Position numbers and translations under genes: made by a program
Notes under the pieces: model-generated
Database searches by the model: none
The model's input: only the letters and a program-made list of their open reading frames with translations
What the model was told of the DNA's origin: nothing
DNA from: an uncultured bacterium
Lineage (GTDB): Bacteria > GCA-001730085
Length of the DNA: 32,000 bases
NCBI GenBank assembly: GCA_964565945.1
Contig: CAZMGY010000033.1
Location: 6,338 to 38,337, forward strand
Reading direction: 5' to 3'
Part shown: positions 1 to 8,363 of the stretch, in pieces
Position numbering within the stretch: position 1 is the first letter of the stretch
How the letters are laid out: every line of letters begins with the position of its first letter

Positions 1-648
1 TTTCTGATACACGTTCAAATTAACCCACACAGTATCCAAATTAGCGACAACAAAAGCCACTGAACTATCTCCATGAACTTCTCCGATAGTGATATTCTTT
101 TTTAAAACAGTCCCTTCAATTAATGATTTAAGTTCATATGTATTCAAACTATCATTGGCCTCAACAAGAGCCATCGTTTCCCCTTGTTGAACATAGTCGC
201 CTTGCTCTTTTAAAACTTTTGTCACAAGCCCCGTAAATCTTGGCGCAATACGAGCTTCTTGGTTAGCATTTGCAACAACCTCTCCCATCAAAGAAATATA
301 GTTTTGGATACTCCCCGACTTTGCTAATTCCACTTGAATATTAAAGTCTTTTATATCCTTATCTGATAAACGAACAATATCCTCATGGTCTTCAGACCCT
401 TGAGAGGAATGTTGACCCTCATGCACACTATGATTGTCTCCTTTATGATCATCATCATCGTCATGAAATTTTTTTTTGTCACCCACTTTTTGTTTTTTGG
501 ATGAGCTATGTTTATCATGGGCAGGCTCTTTATGGTCTTCCTTTTTCCTATATGCCTCATGTCCTTCATGATCATGCTGACTGTAAATGTTTTCCAAGAA
601 TGAAAAGAAAACAAAAAAAACAATATTTATCATAAAAAAAATCTTCAT
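1..648 (-). CDS. Efflux RND periplasmic adaptor (membrane-fusion protein, CzcB/HlyD-like), N-terminal 216 codons; the 3' end runs off the window
   Basis: Absent from the ORF track because it is open at the window edge. My minus-strand translation from the ATG at 646-648 reads MKIFFMINIVFFVFFSFLENIYSQHDHEGHEAYRKKEDHKEPAHDKH...FHDDDDDHKGDNHSVHEGQH...ISLMGEVVANANQEARIAPRFTGLVTKVLKEQGDYVQQGETMALVEANDS... This gives a signal/TM segment, a His/Asp-rich tract, then the lipoyl-like hairpin motif typical of MFPs. The ATG overlaps the TGA of the upstream TolC-like gene (ATGA at 645-648). 648 nt is an exact multiple of 3. Confidence 0.8.
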   Translation of the reverse strand, partial: MKIFFMINIVFFVFFSFLENIYSQHDHEGHEAYRKKEDHKEPAHDKHSSSKKQKVGDKKKFHDDDDDHKGDNHSVHEGQHSSQGSEDHEDIVRLSDKDIKDFNIQVELAKSGSIQNYISLMGEVVANANQEARIAPRFTGLVTKVLKEQGDYVQQGETMALVEANDSLNTYELKSLIEGTVLKKNITIGEVHGDSSVAFVVANLDTVWVNLNVYQK

Positions 649-1922
649 CGTAGAGTTCCTTTCTCATTGCCTTCAAACAAATAAGGATCTTGTCCTATAA
701 AAATCATTAGTTCATTAAACTTTTGAATATATTCCAAAGAATAAGCCCAAACTTCCTCCTGCATATCACAATGATTTTTTTCGACATCTAGAACCTCCAA
801 GTAGCTAAATCGTCCTTGTTCATAACCTTGTTTCGCTAATTCCAAGCTTTTGTTCACCATAGGTCTTATCTCTTTTTTTAACACCTTTATTTTTTGGCTA
901 AGAACACCCAGATAATCGCACTTATCATGAAACTCAACATCAATTTGCGTTTTCAACATTTCTAAACTTAACCGACTTGCTTCATATTCCGATTTCGCTC
1001 TTTGAATATTTCCCTGATTACGATCAAAAATAGGAATTGAAAAAGACAAAGAAGCCACATAAGCTTTTTCACTTGTTTCATTGAAATTTCGAACACCCCC
1101 TCCTAAAACCACGTCTGGCCACCTCTTTCTTTTCTCTAAAGCCAAAATATTTTTTGACTTATCTTCTTGAAGAATATTTTTCTGATAAATGAAGTTATTT
1201 AAGACACTTGCCTCCATTTCTTTTAAAGATTTTACTAATGGAAGATTTTCAATATTTCCTAAAACCGTATCAAAATGAACATCTTGATGATTCCACAGAG
1301 CCTCTAATTTTCTTTGCTTTGTTTTTAACATCTGAATGTTTTCTAAAATTCCAATCTTATTATGTGCATAAACTCCCTCGATACGCATTTTCTCAATTGG
1401 AGAAGCTTTTCCCGCAAAAGCTCTTTTTTGTGCTGATTCAAGCATTTCTGCTAGTAGCGCCACACGTTTTTTAGACAATGCAACCTTATTTTGAGCAACT
1501 AACACTTGAGCATACAAATTACTTGCCCTTGACAACACTTCCTTTTCAGTTTGAGAACAAGATTTTTGAGCAACTTTTATGCCTAACTTGACCCTTTTTT
1601 TTTGCAAAGCTCTTTTTCCAAAAAAATCCAGTTTCTGAGACACAGCAAACGTTTTCTCCAAAACGTTTGCATCTTTATACGGCCCTTCTCCTCCAAAATT
1701 TTCATACCCCATCTCGAATTCAGGATTCCACCATAATCCTTCTTGAATAAGATCTCCTTGATTACTCTTAATGTTCAAATGCGCCAACTTCATCTCAATA
1801 TTTTTTGATTGAACCATTTTTATGACATCTGAAAAAGATAACTCCTTATTCTCAAAAGCGCTTGCTTCTGGTAGACTTATCGCAAAGACAGTGCACATAA
1901 TGGTCGCTATAACACGATACAT
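645..1922 (-). CDS. TolC-family outer-membrane efflux factor (CzcC-like)
   Basis: 425-aa ORF with an N-terminal signal peptide (MYRVIATIMCTVFAISLPEASA). Long coiled/helical repeats and length match CzcC/TolC outer-membrane factors. It is translationally coupled to the adaptor gene. AAGGAG lies 7 nt upstream of the ATG. Confidence 0.8.
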   Translation of the reverse strand: MYRVIATIMCTVFAISLPEASAFENKELSFSDVIKMVQSKNIEMKLAHLNIKSNQGDLIQEGLWWNPEFEMGYENFGGEGPYKDANVLEKTFAVSQKLDFFGKRALQKKRVKLGIKVAQKSCSQTEKEVLSRASNLYAQVLVAQNKVALSKKRVALLAEMLESAQKRAFAGKASPIEKMRIEGVYAHNKIGILENIQMLKTKQRKLEALWNHQDVHFDTVLGNIENLPLVKSLKEMEASVLNNFIYQKNILQEDKSKNILALEKRKRWPDVVLGGGVRNFNETSEKAYVASLSFSIPIFDRNQGNIQRAKSEYEASRLSLEMLKTQIDVEFHDKCDYLGVLSQKIKVLKKEIRPMVNKSLELAKQGYEQGRFSYLEVLDVEKNHCDMQEEVWAYSLEYIQKFNELMIFIGQDPYLFEGNEKGTLR

Positions 1923-1981
1923 AACAAACTCCTTATGTCAATTAACTCAATATTTAATTTTATATTGATGGGGTGTATTTA

Positions 1982-2248
1982 TTAGATAAAAACTTGGGGA
2001 GGATGAGAAATTTTTTTAACAAAGAGCAACGTTAAAGCTTCTTCAGAAGACAAAAATAAATAAGAAGATACCCTTTGAACAGGAACCTTAACTTGAACCT
2101 CTTTTACTTCATAGATACAGGAATGTTGCTGACAATCAACCATACAATGATGAGCAGAAGAGCCCCTATCTTCAGAATCACTATGCCCCATATTCGGAAC
2201 AAAGAGACATAAAAAAAACACGACTAAACAGCTTGATACAATCCTCAT
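1982..2248 (-). CDS. Small exported Cys/His-containing hypothetical protein, first gene of the efflux operon
   Basis: 88-aa ORF with a hydrophobic signal-like N-terminus (MRIVSSCLVVFFLCLFVPNMG), then SAHHCMVDCQQHSC (4 Cys/His pairs). It sits 59 nt upstream of the TolC-like gene, directly downstream of a near-consensus promoter. No family recognised. Confidence 0.4.
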   Translation of the reverse strand: MRIVSSCLVVFFLCLFVPNMGHSDSEDRGSSAHHCMVDCQQHSCIYEVKEVQVKVPVQRVSSYLFLSSEEALTLLFVKKISHPPQVFI

Positions 2249-2256
2249 AGCTCGAG

Positions 2257-2285
2257 ATTATACACTTAGTCCCTAGATTTTTCAA
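2257..2285 (-). promoter_or_regulatory. Putative sigma70-type promoter for the efflux operon
   Basis: Minus strand reads TTGAAA (2280-2285), a 17-nt spacer, then TATAAT (2257-2262). Only 8 nt separate the -10 from the ATG at 2248 and there is no Shine-Dalgarno, implying a leaderless or near-leaderless transcript. Confidence 0.35.
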
Positions 2286-2373
2286 GAACTTTTGTCAATG
2301 CAAATTGTTTTAACCAAACTTAGAAATAAATCAAACACATGCTGTTCACGTCCGACAATATACCAGTCTGGAA

Positions 2374-2404
2374 GGCTCTAACAGATGTGTAGACTCCAGT
2401 TAAG
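2374..2404. repeat. IS3 remnant terminal inverted repeat (orfB-proximal end)
   Basis: ggctctaacagatgtgtagactccagttaag matches the reverse complement of 3442-3471 (ggtctaatggatgtgtacattccagttaag) at about 26 of 31 positions with one gap. Weaker similarity extends outward to about 2363. Confidence 0.6.
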
Positions 2405-3441
2405 CAACTTTCCCTCAGTTTGGCCATGTCTAATTCGTAGTCACTGGGGCTCATATAGCCCAAATGAGAAGGTAACCGAAGGCCGTTATAAAAATATCAC
2501 TATGTAATTCAAAATATCCTGTTGAGCTTCACTACGAGTCTGATAATGCTTCCACTCTACCCGTTTCTTTCTTTAGGCTTGCGAAGAAACTCTCCGCAAT
2601 TACCTCTTACAATTCATGCTGCCGACAAAACCATGCGTGGCAAGCAATCTTTCTGTAAGCCTGATGTTGGATAACGTTTTCCTATGGCCATCCAAAGTGC
2701 CTTTGTGACAAGCATGGTTTTCATGCGCGAATCCATGCTCCAGCCAACGACTTGACGAAAAAAAAGAGTTATAAATACCCCAAATACAGCCAACTTTCCT
2801 GTGTCCAAATATTGGTTATATCAGAAATATAGGCATGATGCTGTCTGGAGACTTTGGCTAGTAACTTTGTACTTTTTCCGAGCACGGACTTTAACCCTCG
2901 ATTCACGCATCAATCAACGAGTTTTGTAGCACCCAACCGAATAGTCCAGCGAATTGAGTACAGACTTCATTCCTCGAGATCCATAGCTACTACTTGTTGC
3001 TTGAGCTGTTTTTTTGATGATTTTTCGCATAGAATCCCTTTCAAAATCGGAATCCCTAGAGACTTGCCGTTGGCAATATCCATAGTAAAAATTTCGGCTT
3101 ACACTCCCAAGCAAGCGATACATTGGTTCGACGGCCAAGGCCTTACTTCTACTGGTTAATAAACGTCTATTTCATCGCGTTTCCTTCGCGAAGAAGACCG
3201 TCGCTTTTTTTTAAGATTTCTTTCTCCATTCTTAGTCGCTTAACTTCTTATTTCAGACACCGTAATTCTGTTTGATCAGGTGTTAGTCTGCCATTGCCAC
3301 CAGATAAAGGTTTGCTGAAATACCCAGCTTCCAATTACCTATAGCCTTGCTCTAAAACAAGGTCTATCGCATCCAATTTGAACTCCTTCGAATATTTTTT
3401 TCTTCTATCCATTTGTTGCCCCCAGTTTTTGACTATTATGC

Positions 3442-3471
3442 CTTAACTGGAATGTACACATCCATTAGACC
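3442..3471. repeat. IS3 remnant terminal inverted repeat (orfA-proximal end)
   Basis: cttaactggaatgtacacatccattagacc is the inverted partner of 2374-2404. It lies ~30 nt upstream of the orfA ATG (3410-3412, minus strand). Confidence 0.6.
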
Positions 3472-3574
3472 ATTCCACATCTGGCTGTTGTTCCTGCAGC
3501 AAAATGTTCCATTAATCATACTTATTTATGCCAACTTCATCTGCTCTTTCTCATGATGTCCTTTATAAAAAGAA

Positions 3575-3598
3575 AGCCCCGCAGTTTCCTGCGAGGCT
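3575..3598 (-). terminator. Rho-independent terminator-like hairpin, probably the original terminator of the tRNA-Lys/tRNA-Glu unit
   Basis: Minus strand reads agcctcgcag-gaaa-ctgcggggct (10-bp stem, 1 mismatch) followed by ttcttttta. A second perfect 7-bp hairpin, aggcaaa-tcatg-tttgcct, lies at about 3613-3631. Confidence 0.4.
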
Positions 3599-3641
3599 AA
3601 TATGCCAGATCAAGGCAAATCATGTTTGCCTAAGCATCAAT

Positions 3642-3668
3642 TTTGACATCCCCAAGGGGATTCGAACC
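3642..3668. repeat. att direct repeat: displaced copy of the tRNA-Glu 3' end
   Basis: tttgAcatccccaaggggattcgaacc versus 8364-8390 tttgGcatccccaaggggattcgaacc (26/27 identical). Similarity stops abruptly at 3669. Confidence 0.75.
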
Positions 3669-3740
3669 ACATTAGAAAAACCTTTAAACATCCGCATTAA
3701 ATAAGGCTTTACAGCCTAAATCCACTATTCTCAAAGCATT

Positions 3741-5996
3741 TTAACCTAAACTTCCATACAAAAAATCTGGTCCTTGATCTCCTGAGATAATATCATTTCC
3801 TGTGCCGCCATTTATATAGAATCATTGCCTTCTCCACCACTGAGAGTATCATTTCCGCTGCTTGTCCAAAGAACATCATCTCCTGCCTCGCCATTAACTT
3901 CAATATCACCTACTGCATATATTTTTGAGGTTAAATCTACAACATCATTACCTTCGCCTGCATCTATTTTTTCAACATCTATAATTCTGCCACCCGCTTG
4001 TGGGGTCGGACTATATCTATCATCTAAGAATATTGCATCTGCTTCGTCTGTTAATTTGATTACATCTTCACCTGTCCCGCCATCTATAACATCATAATTT
4101 CTAAATCTCGGCATCACAGCTACTCTTTCGCCATTGATTATATGTATCAGGACTTCCAACATTCCATGCTACCCAGCTCACTTCCCCATGAACTATCACC
4201 GCTATAACTTAAAGTATCGTCTCCTGGCGCCTCCTTGAAGCAAATCGGATCCTAAGCCACCCTCAATTGTATCATTACAATCTCCACCAATTAAAATATC
4301 ATTTCCTGCCATACCGCTTATATAATCATTTCCTGTATTACCTTCAATCTTTCCGTTTACAACTAAATTAAATATTATAGATACTTGCTCTTGTCCATCA
4401 TTTGCCTGTATTTGAATATTTAAGTTAGAGGAATCCTCATTAGCAGGCGTCCCGGAAAATATTCCTATAGACTCATCAAAACTAATCCAACTAGGCAAAG
4501 GCTGTCCATCTAAAGTTGCACTATATGCTAAATTATCACCAGCTATATCACTAAATTTATTTGAAATATCCAAGATAAATTCTTAACCGCTTTGTATTTC
4601 TTGATTATCAATAGTGCTTGCTAAAACAGGTGCATCATTAACTGCATTCACCGTTATTATTAACTCTTTTGTTATTTCCCCACCATTGCTGTCTGATATT
4701 GTATAAGAAATTTTATCTTCTCCATTAAAATCCTTATTAGGATTATATTGGATTTGATTATCGACTATTTGTACAGTTCCATATTGCGCAGCTGTTACAT
4801 TAACTAAAGTCAAGCATCTCCATCAACATCTGTAGCGCCTGCAAGCACATCAAATTGCACTATATTATCTTCTGTTGCTTCTGCTGTTATCATTGAGCTT
4901 TGTGGATTATCATTTACTGCATCTATAGTTATAACCAAGCTTTTTGTTATTTCTCCGCCATTGCCATCACTTCTTATTTCTGCTCCATTATAATTTTCAT
5001 TTGGAGTATATTGAATTTTACCATCTACAATTTCTAAACTTCCATTTGAAGCTTCGGAAACATTACTTATTGATAAAGTATCTCCATCAATATCACTTGC
5101 TCCTGACAATACATCAATTGTTATTGGAGTATCTTCAGTTGTTTGAGCTTCAACCACAGTTGCAGTTGGAATATCATTTACTGAGCTTATATTTATTGTA
5201 ATAATTTGAGTTACTTGACCGCCATTATTATATTATCTTCTACTGTTGAACTATTTATTATCGTTGCTATTGGCATATCGTTTACTGAATCAACAGTTAA
5301 AGTTATTGTTTGATTTATCTCTGCTCCATCATTATCAACTAATTTGAAATTAATTACTTCTTCTCCATTAAAATTTTTATTTGGAATATATACTATATGA
5401 CCATCTACAACTTCTGCATTACCATTAGATGCGCCAGTAATATCAATTATTTTAGGCTTACCGTCTTCTCTATCAGATGCATTCGATAAAATATCTATTT
5501 CTATAAAACCATCTTCATTTAATTGATAAGAAGTTTGAATCAAATTTATCACAGGAAAATCATTTTCAGAATTAACAGTTATCTTTATTTCTCCTGTATT
5601 TTTCTTCCCTTGTCCATTATCAACTTCATAAGTTAAATATTCTATTCCTTTAAAATTTTCATTAGGGATATAAATAACATTTCCATTATTATCATAATTA
5701 ACAATTCCATTTTCAGCACTACTAATATTTATTATTGCATTTCCCTCAATATCGCTATCATTACTTAAAATATTAAAACTTAATTGATTATCTTCATCAA
5801 CTACTGCTTCATCATTAACTACAATAGGATCATGTACTTTAAAAACAAAATTTTCAGAAATTAAATTAACTGAATTAGTATTTTTTAATTTTATCATCTG
5901 CCCATCACCTAAATCTATCTTGTTTATCAAAACATCAAACTTTATATCTTCGATAACAGGATATGAGTATGTTGCATATACATCAAAATCAGCCAT
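3741..5996 (-). pseudogene. Large repeat protein (cadherin-like ~94-aa tandem repeats, one He_PIG/dystroglycan-type Ig-like domain, RTX Ca-binding nonapeptides), disrupted; putative tail fibre/adhesin
   Basis: Collinear minus-strand ORFs 5211..5996, 4810..5157, 4583..4813, 4202..4573 and 3812..4162. A final piece, which I translated as NGGTGNDIISGDQGPDFLYGSLG*, ends at 3741. Repeats end in VND(A/N/M/I)P or ENDFPV about every 94 aa. PLPSWISFDESIGIFSGTP is He_PIG-like. GNTGNDYIS-GMAGNDILI-GGDCNDTIE-GGLGSDLLQ is a perfect 9-residue RTX periodicity. Breaks: frameshift plus intra-repeat deletion near 5211-5225; a 1-nt frameshift near 4810-4815; in-frame TAA at 4583-4585; frameshifts near 4225-4235, 4150-4165 and 3812-3817. 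Confidence 0.7.
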
Positions 5997-7304
5997 TTTT
6001 TATTGCCTTTCTTATCATACCGTTATTCATAAAATCATCAGCAACCGAATTTATCACAAATCTTCTATTCTGATCACTTACAATAACCTTTATGGTTTCT
6101 TCGCTTACAACTCTGTCGTCAATTATTACTACTTGAATATTGATATTTGCAGGACTACCTGCTTGATTTTGACCTGCATTATAATCCTGTGTTTCACGCC
6201 TGTTTAAAACACGTTCTCCTGTTGGAGCAAGTATTGGAACTTCATCCAGTCTTTTTTTCCCAAGATATCCATTATGAGCTTTGATATTTACAGGATGAAC
6301 CATCCCTCCTTGATGAAAAGTCGATACTCCAAAAAATCCATCAATAGCAGACTGTAATCCCAAATCCTACATCATAGAACCTGCCATTGCATTTGAGATA
6401 CTTCTTAACATTGCATCTCCAAAGGACCTTAAAATATCTTTGGCACTCCTCATCTTATTTGTAAACGCATCATAAAAAATATCTGAAAAAGCATTAGGCA
6501 TATTAGTAAATGTATCTTTTGCAAGATCTCTCATTGCATTAAATTCTTTTTCTGCATTCTTTCTAATCCTTGTCGTAATATGCTCTTTTTGATCTGCCTA
6601 CCATTGATCTACTTTTGCAAGATCTGCTCCATGTTCAATATATTGTTCCCTCATCTTTTCAAGATTCTTTAATTGAGTTTCAGGTAATCTGTCATGATAT
6701 TTTTTCCAACTCTTTTCCCATTCAATTAAAACCTTATCTATTTTTGGGAGTTCTTTCTGCATATCTTCTTTCATCTGTTTTATTGTTTTTGAACTCTTGT
6801 TTTGCTTTGTTTATCAAGAAAATTTAAAACATTCTCATCAACATAAATATCCATCTTTTTCATTGCAATAACTGTTTGAGCCAATTCCTGCTGTAACTCT
6901 TCAAGTTTTTTTCTATTTCTATTACCAACCGAATCAAAAAACTTATTTATTGCTTTAGTAAAAAAGTTTGTTGAAGTAACTAAACTTTTAATTTTTTCCT
7001 TTAGTTTCTCCATTTTTGTAATAAGCAATCCTTTCCTAAAACAAGAAAGAGATTCTGCCATTGCTCTAAATCTATCTGCAACCTGTGTTAAATCATTAGA
7101 TTGTGTTATAAATAATAAAAATTCATTTTTAGCCTCAATTAATGATGCAGAAATTATTTGCAGATTTTCCGCATTGCTTCTATATGAAGTGTTTACTCTT
7201 GAAGTGATATCTTCACCTCTTTCAAGAACCTCATTAAAAAAATCCTGTTTCTTTTCTGCATCTGTTAATTGATTTGCAGTTTTACCAATCTTATCTGCAT
7301 AGCG
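5989..7304 (-). pseudogene. Phage tail tape-measure protein, C-terminal portion only, disrupted
   Basis: My translation reads RYADKIGKTANQLTDAEKKQDFFNEVLERGEDITSRVN... (TMP-core-like), then coiled-coil-rich sequence. The C-terminus is FHQGGMVHP...LDEVPILAPTGERVLNRRE, which resembles the tape-measure C-terminal motif as I recall it. The frame is closed by TAA at 7305-7307 with no N-terminal part. There is a frameshift between about 6783 and 6811. In-frame TAG codons lie at 6598-6600 (VDQW*ADQ) and 6367-6369 (GSMM*DLG). Confidence 0.55.
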
Positions 7305-7312
7305 TTACGTAA

Positions 7313-8284
7313 GCATCTTTTGCAAATACAATAATACCCCTCAGAGAAAGCTTAGAAACAGATATTAAAAAAGTTGCTAAATATAAAGAAGCTAAAATTT
7401 TAAAAGAAAAAGAAGAAAGTGGCATTCCCCTTTCTTTAAAAAATTAAACTTAATCGATACTCTTAATGAATATCTCAATATAACATCTATGTATAAAGAA
7501 AAAATAACACATGAAAAAGACAAAGTTCGTTTAACAAAGTTTGCAAATGAAATCAATATTAGAGATCTCAATAAAGTTACAAAAAAACATATTGAAAATT
7601 ATATACATAAACGTATAAAAAAAGATAAACTTAAACCTCGCACAGTCAAGCATCACATCTCTATCATTAGAACATTTTACAATTGGTATATTTCCAGAAA
7701 ATATATTAATACAAACCCTGCAAAGGAAGTGAAAACATTTAAAGTTGAAAAAATCCCCCTAAATTTTTAAATAAAGAAGAAATCAACTTATTATTAGAAA
7801 CAGCCCTGGAATCACATCTTTATCCTATGATAGCCTGTGCAATTTATACAGGAATACGTGTTGGTGAACTTCTAAGACTTGAATAGAAAGATGTTGATTT
7901 TAATAGAAAACAAATTCTGGTAGAAAACAAAGTTTATAAATCTACAAAATCCAAAAAATTCAGAATTATACCAATACACCCTGCACTGGAACAAATTCTT
8001 ATAACAAAGAAAAAGAAAAAAGGATTATGCTTTTTAACATAAAATGACAAACCCTATAAAGATATTCCTAGAGATTCTTTTTATCCTATCTTTAAAAAAG
8101 CAAATATAAAAAAACAGGCTGACATATATTAAGATATACTTTTGCCAGCCATCTCGCAACAGAATCTAAAGATTTAAAAATTGTACAAGAATTATTAGGT
8201 CATAGTGATATAAGAACTACAATGATTTACGCCCACCTTATCCAAGAAAAAGCTGAAGAAGCTATCAAAATATTAAATTTCTAA
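7313..8284 (+). pseudogene. Tyrosine recombinase / phage integrase, disrupted
   Basis: Fragments include LIDTLNEYL...KHIENYIHKRI...PRTVKHHISIIRTFYNWYISRKYINTNPAKEVK (SAM-like core-binding domain) and LYPMIACAIYTGIRVGELLRLE*KDVDF (catalytic Arg box). Further fragments are [13 protein letters not shown] and [16 protein letters not shown] (H-x-x-R ... Y). In-frame stops: TAG 7884-7886, TAA 8040-8042, TGA 8120-8122. Frameshifts occur near 7440-7450, near 7768 (T-run) and near 8110-8120. No start codon is identifiable, so the 5' boundary is uncertain. Confidence 0.8.
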
Positions 8285-8321
8285 TAAAAATCAAAAAAAG
8301 TGGGCACAAGGCTAAAATAGA

Positions 8322-8360
8322 AAAAACCTAAGTCTTTATATTTCAAAGACTTAGGTTTTT
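8322..8360 (+). terminator. Strong hairpin terminator between the integrase and tRNA-Glu (A-run/T-run, potentially bidirectional)
   Basis: aaaaacctaagtcttt (8322-8337), loop atatttc, then aaagacttaggttttt (8345-8360). This is a perfect 16-bp stem ending in a T-run. Confidence 0.6.
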
Positions 8361-8363
8361 ATA

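Larger units (their letters stand above)
2363..3484 (-). mobile_element. Decayed IS3-family insertion sequence (orfA/orfB transposase pseudogenes)
   Basis: Minus-strand translation starts MDRRKKYSKEFKLDAIDLVLEQGY...LTPDQTELRCLK*EVKRLRMEKEILKK (IS3 OrfA HTH/leucine-zipper pattern). It continues, with many stops and frameshifts, into DDE-domain fragments: LAVFGVFITLFFRQVVGWSMDSRMKTMLVTKALWMA (ORF 2614..2808) and YQTRSEAQQDILNYI...LGYMSP. The element is flanked by imperfect inverted repeats. At ~1.1 kb it is shorter than intact IS3 elements. End coordinates are approximate. Confidence 0.75.

Noticed and set aside
351-623. 90-aa ORF from the track on the minus strand
   Set aside because: It is in the wrong frame inside the adaptor gene. 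The edge-open frame 1..648 gives a coherent MFP sequence with ATGA coupling to the upstream gene, while this ORF is low-complexity M/K/I-rich nonsense.
2614-3159. ORFs 2614..2808(-), 2854..3159(+) and 2914..3138(-) as independent genes
   Set aside because: They are fragments of, or antisense to, the decayed IS3 transposase. Only 2614..2808 carries real DDE-domain sequence, and it is a piece of a pseudogene.
3741-5996. Periodic DNA repeats that might be mistaken for a CRISPR array or satellite
   Set aside because: The periodicity is about 280 nt, the copies are diverged, and they translate into a coherent ~94-aa protein repeat. There are no short identical repeats with unique spacers and no cas genes.
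3825-6827. Plus-strand ORFs 3825..4097, 4944..5201, 5920..6207 and 6615..6827
   Set aside because: They are antisense to the repeat-protein and tape-measure remnants. They are Leu/Ser/Ile/Tyr/Phe-rich low-complexity translations typical of AT-rich antisense frames.
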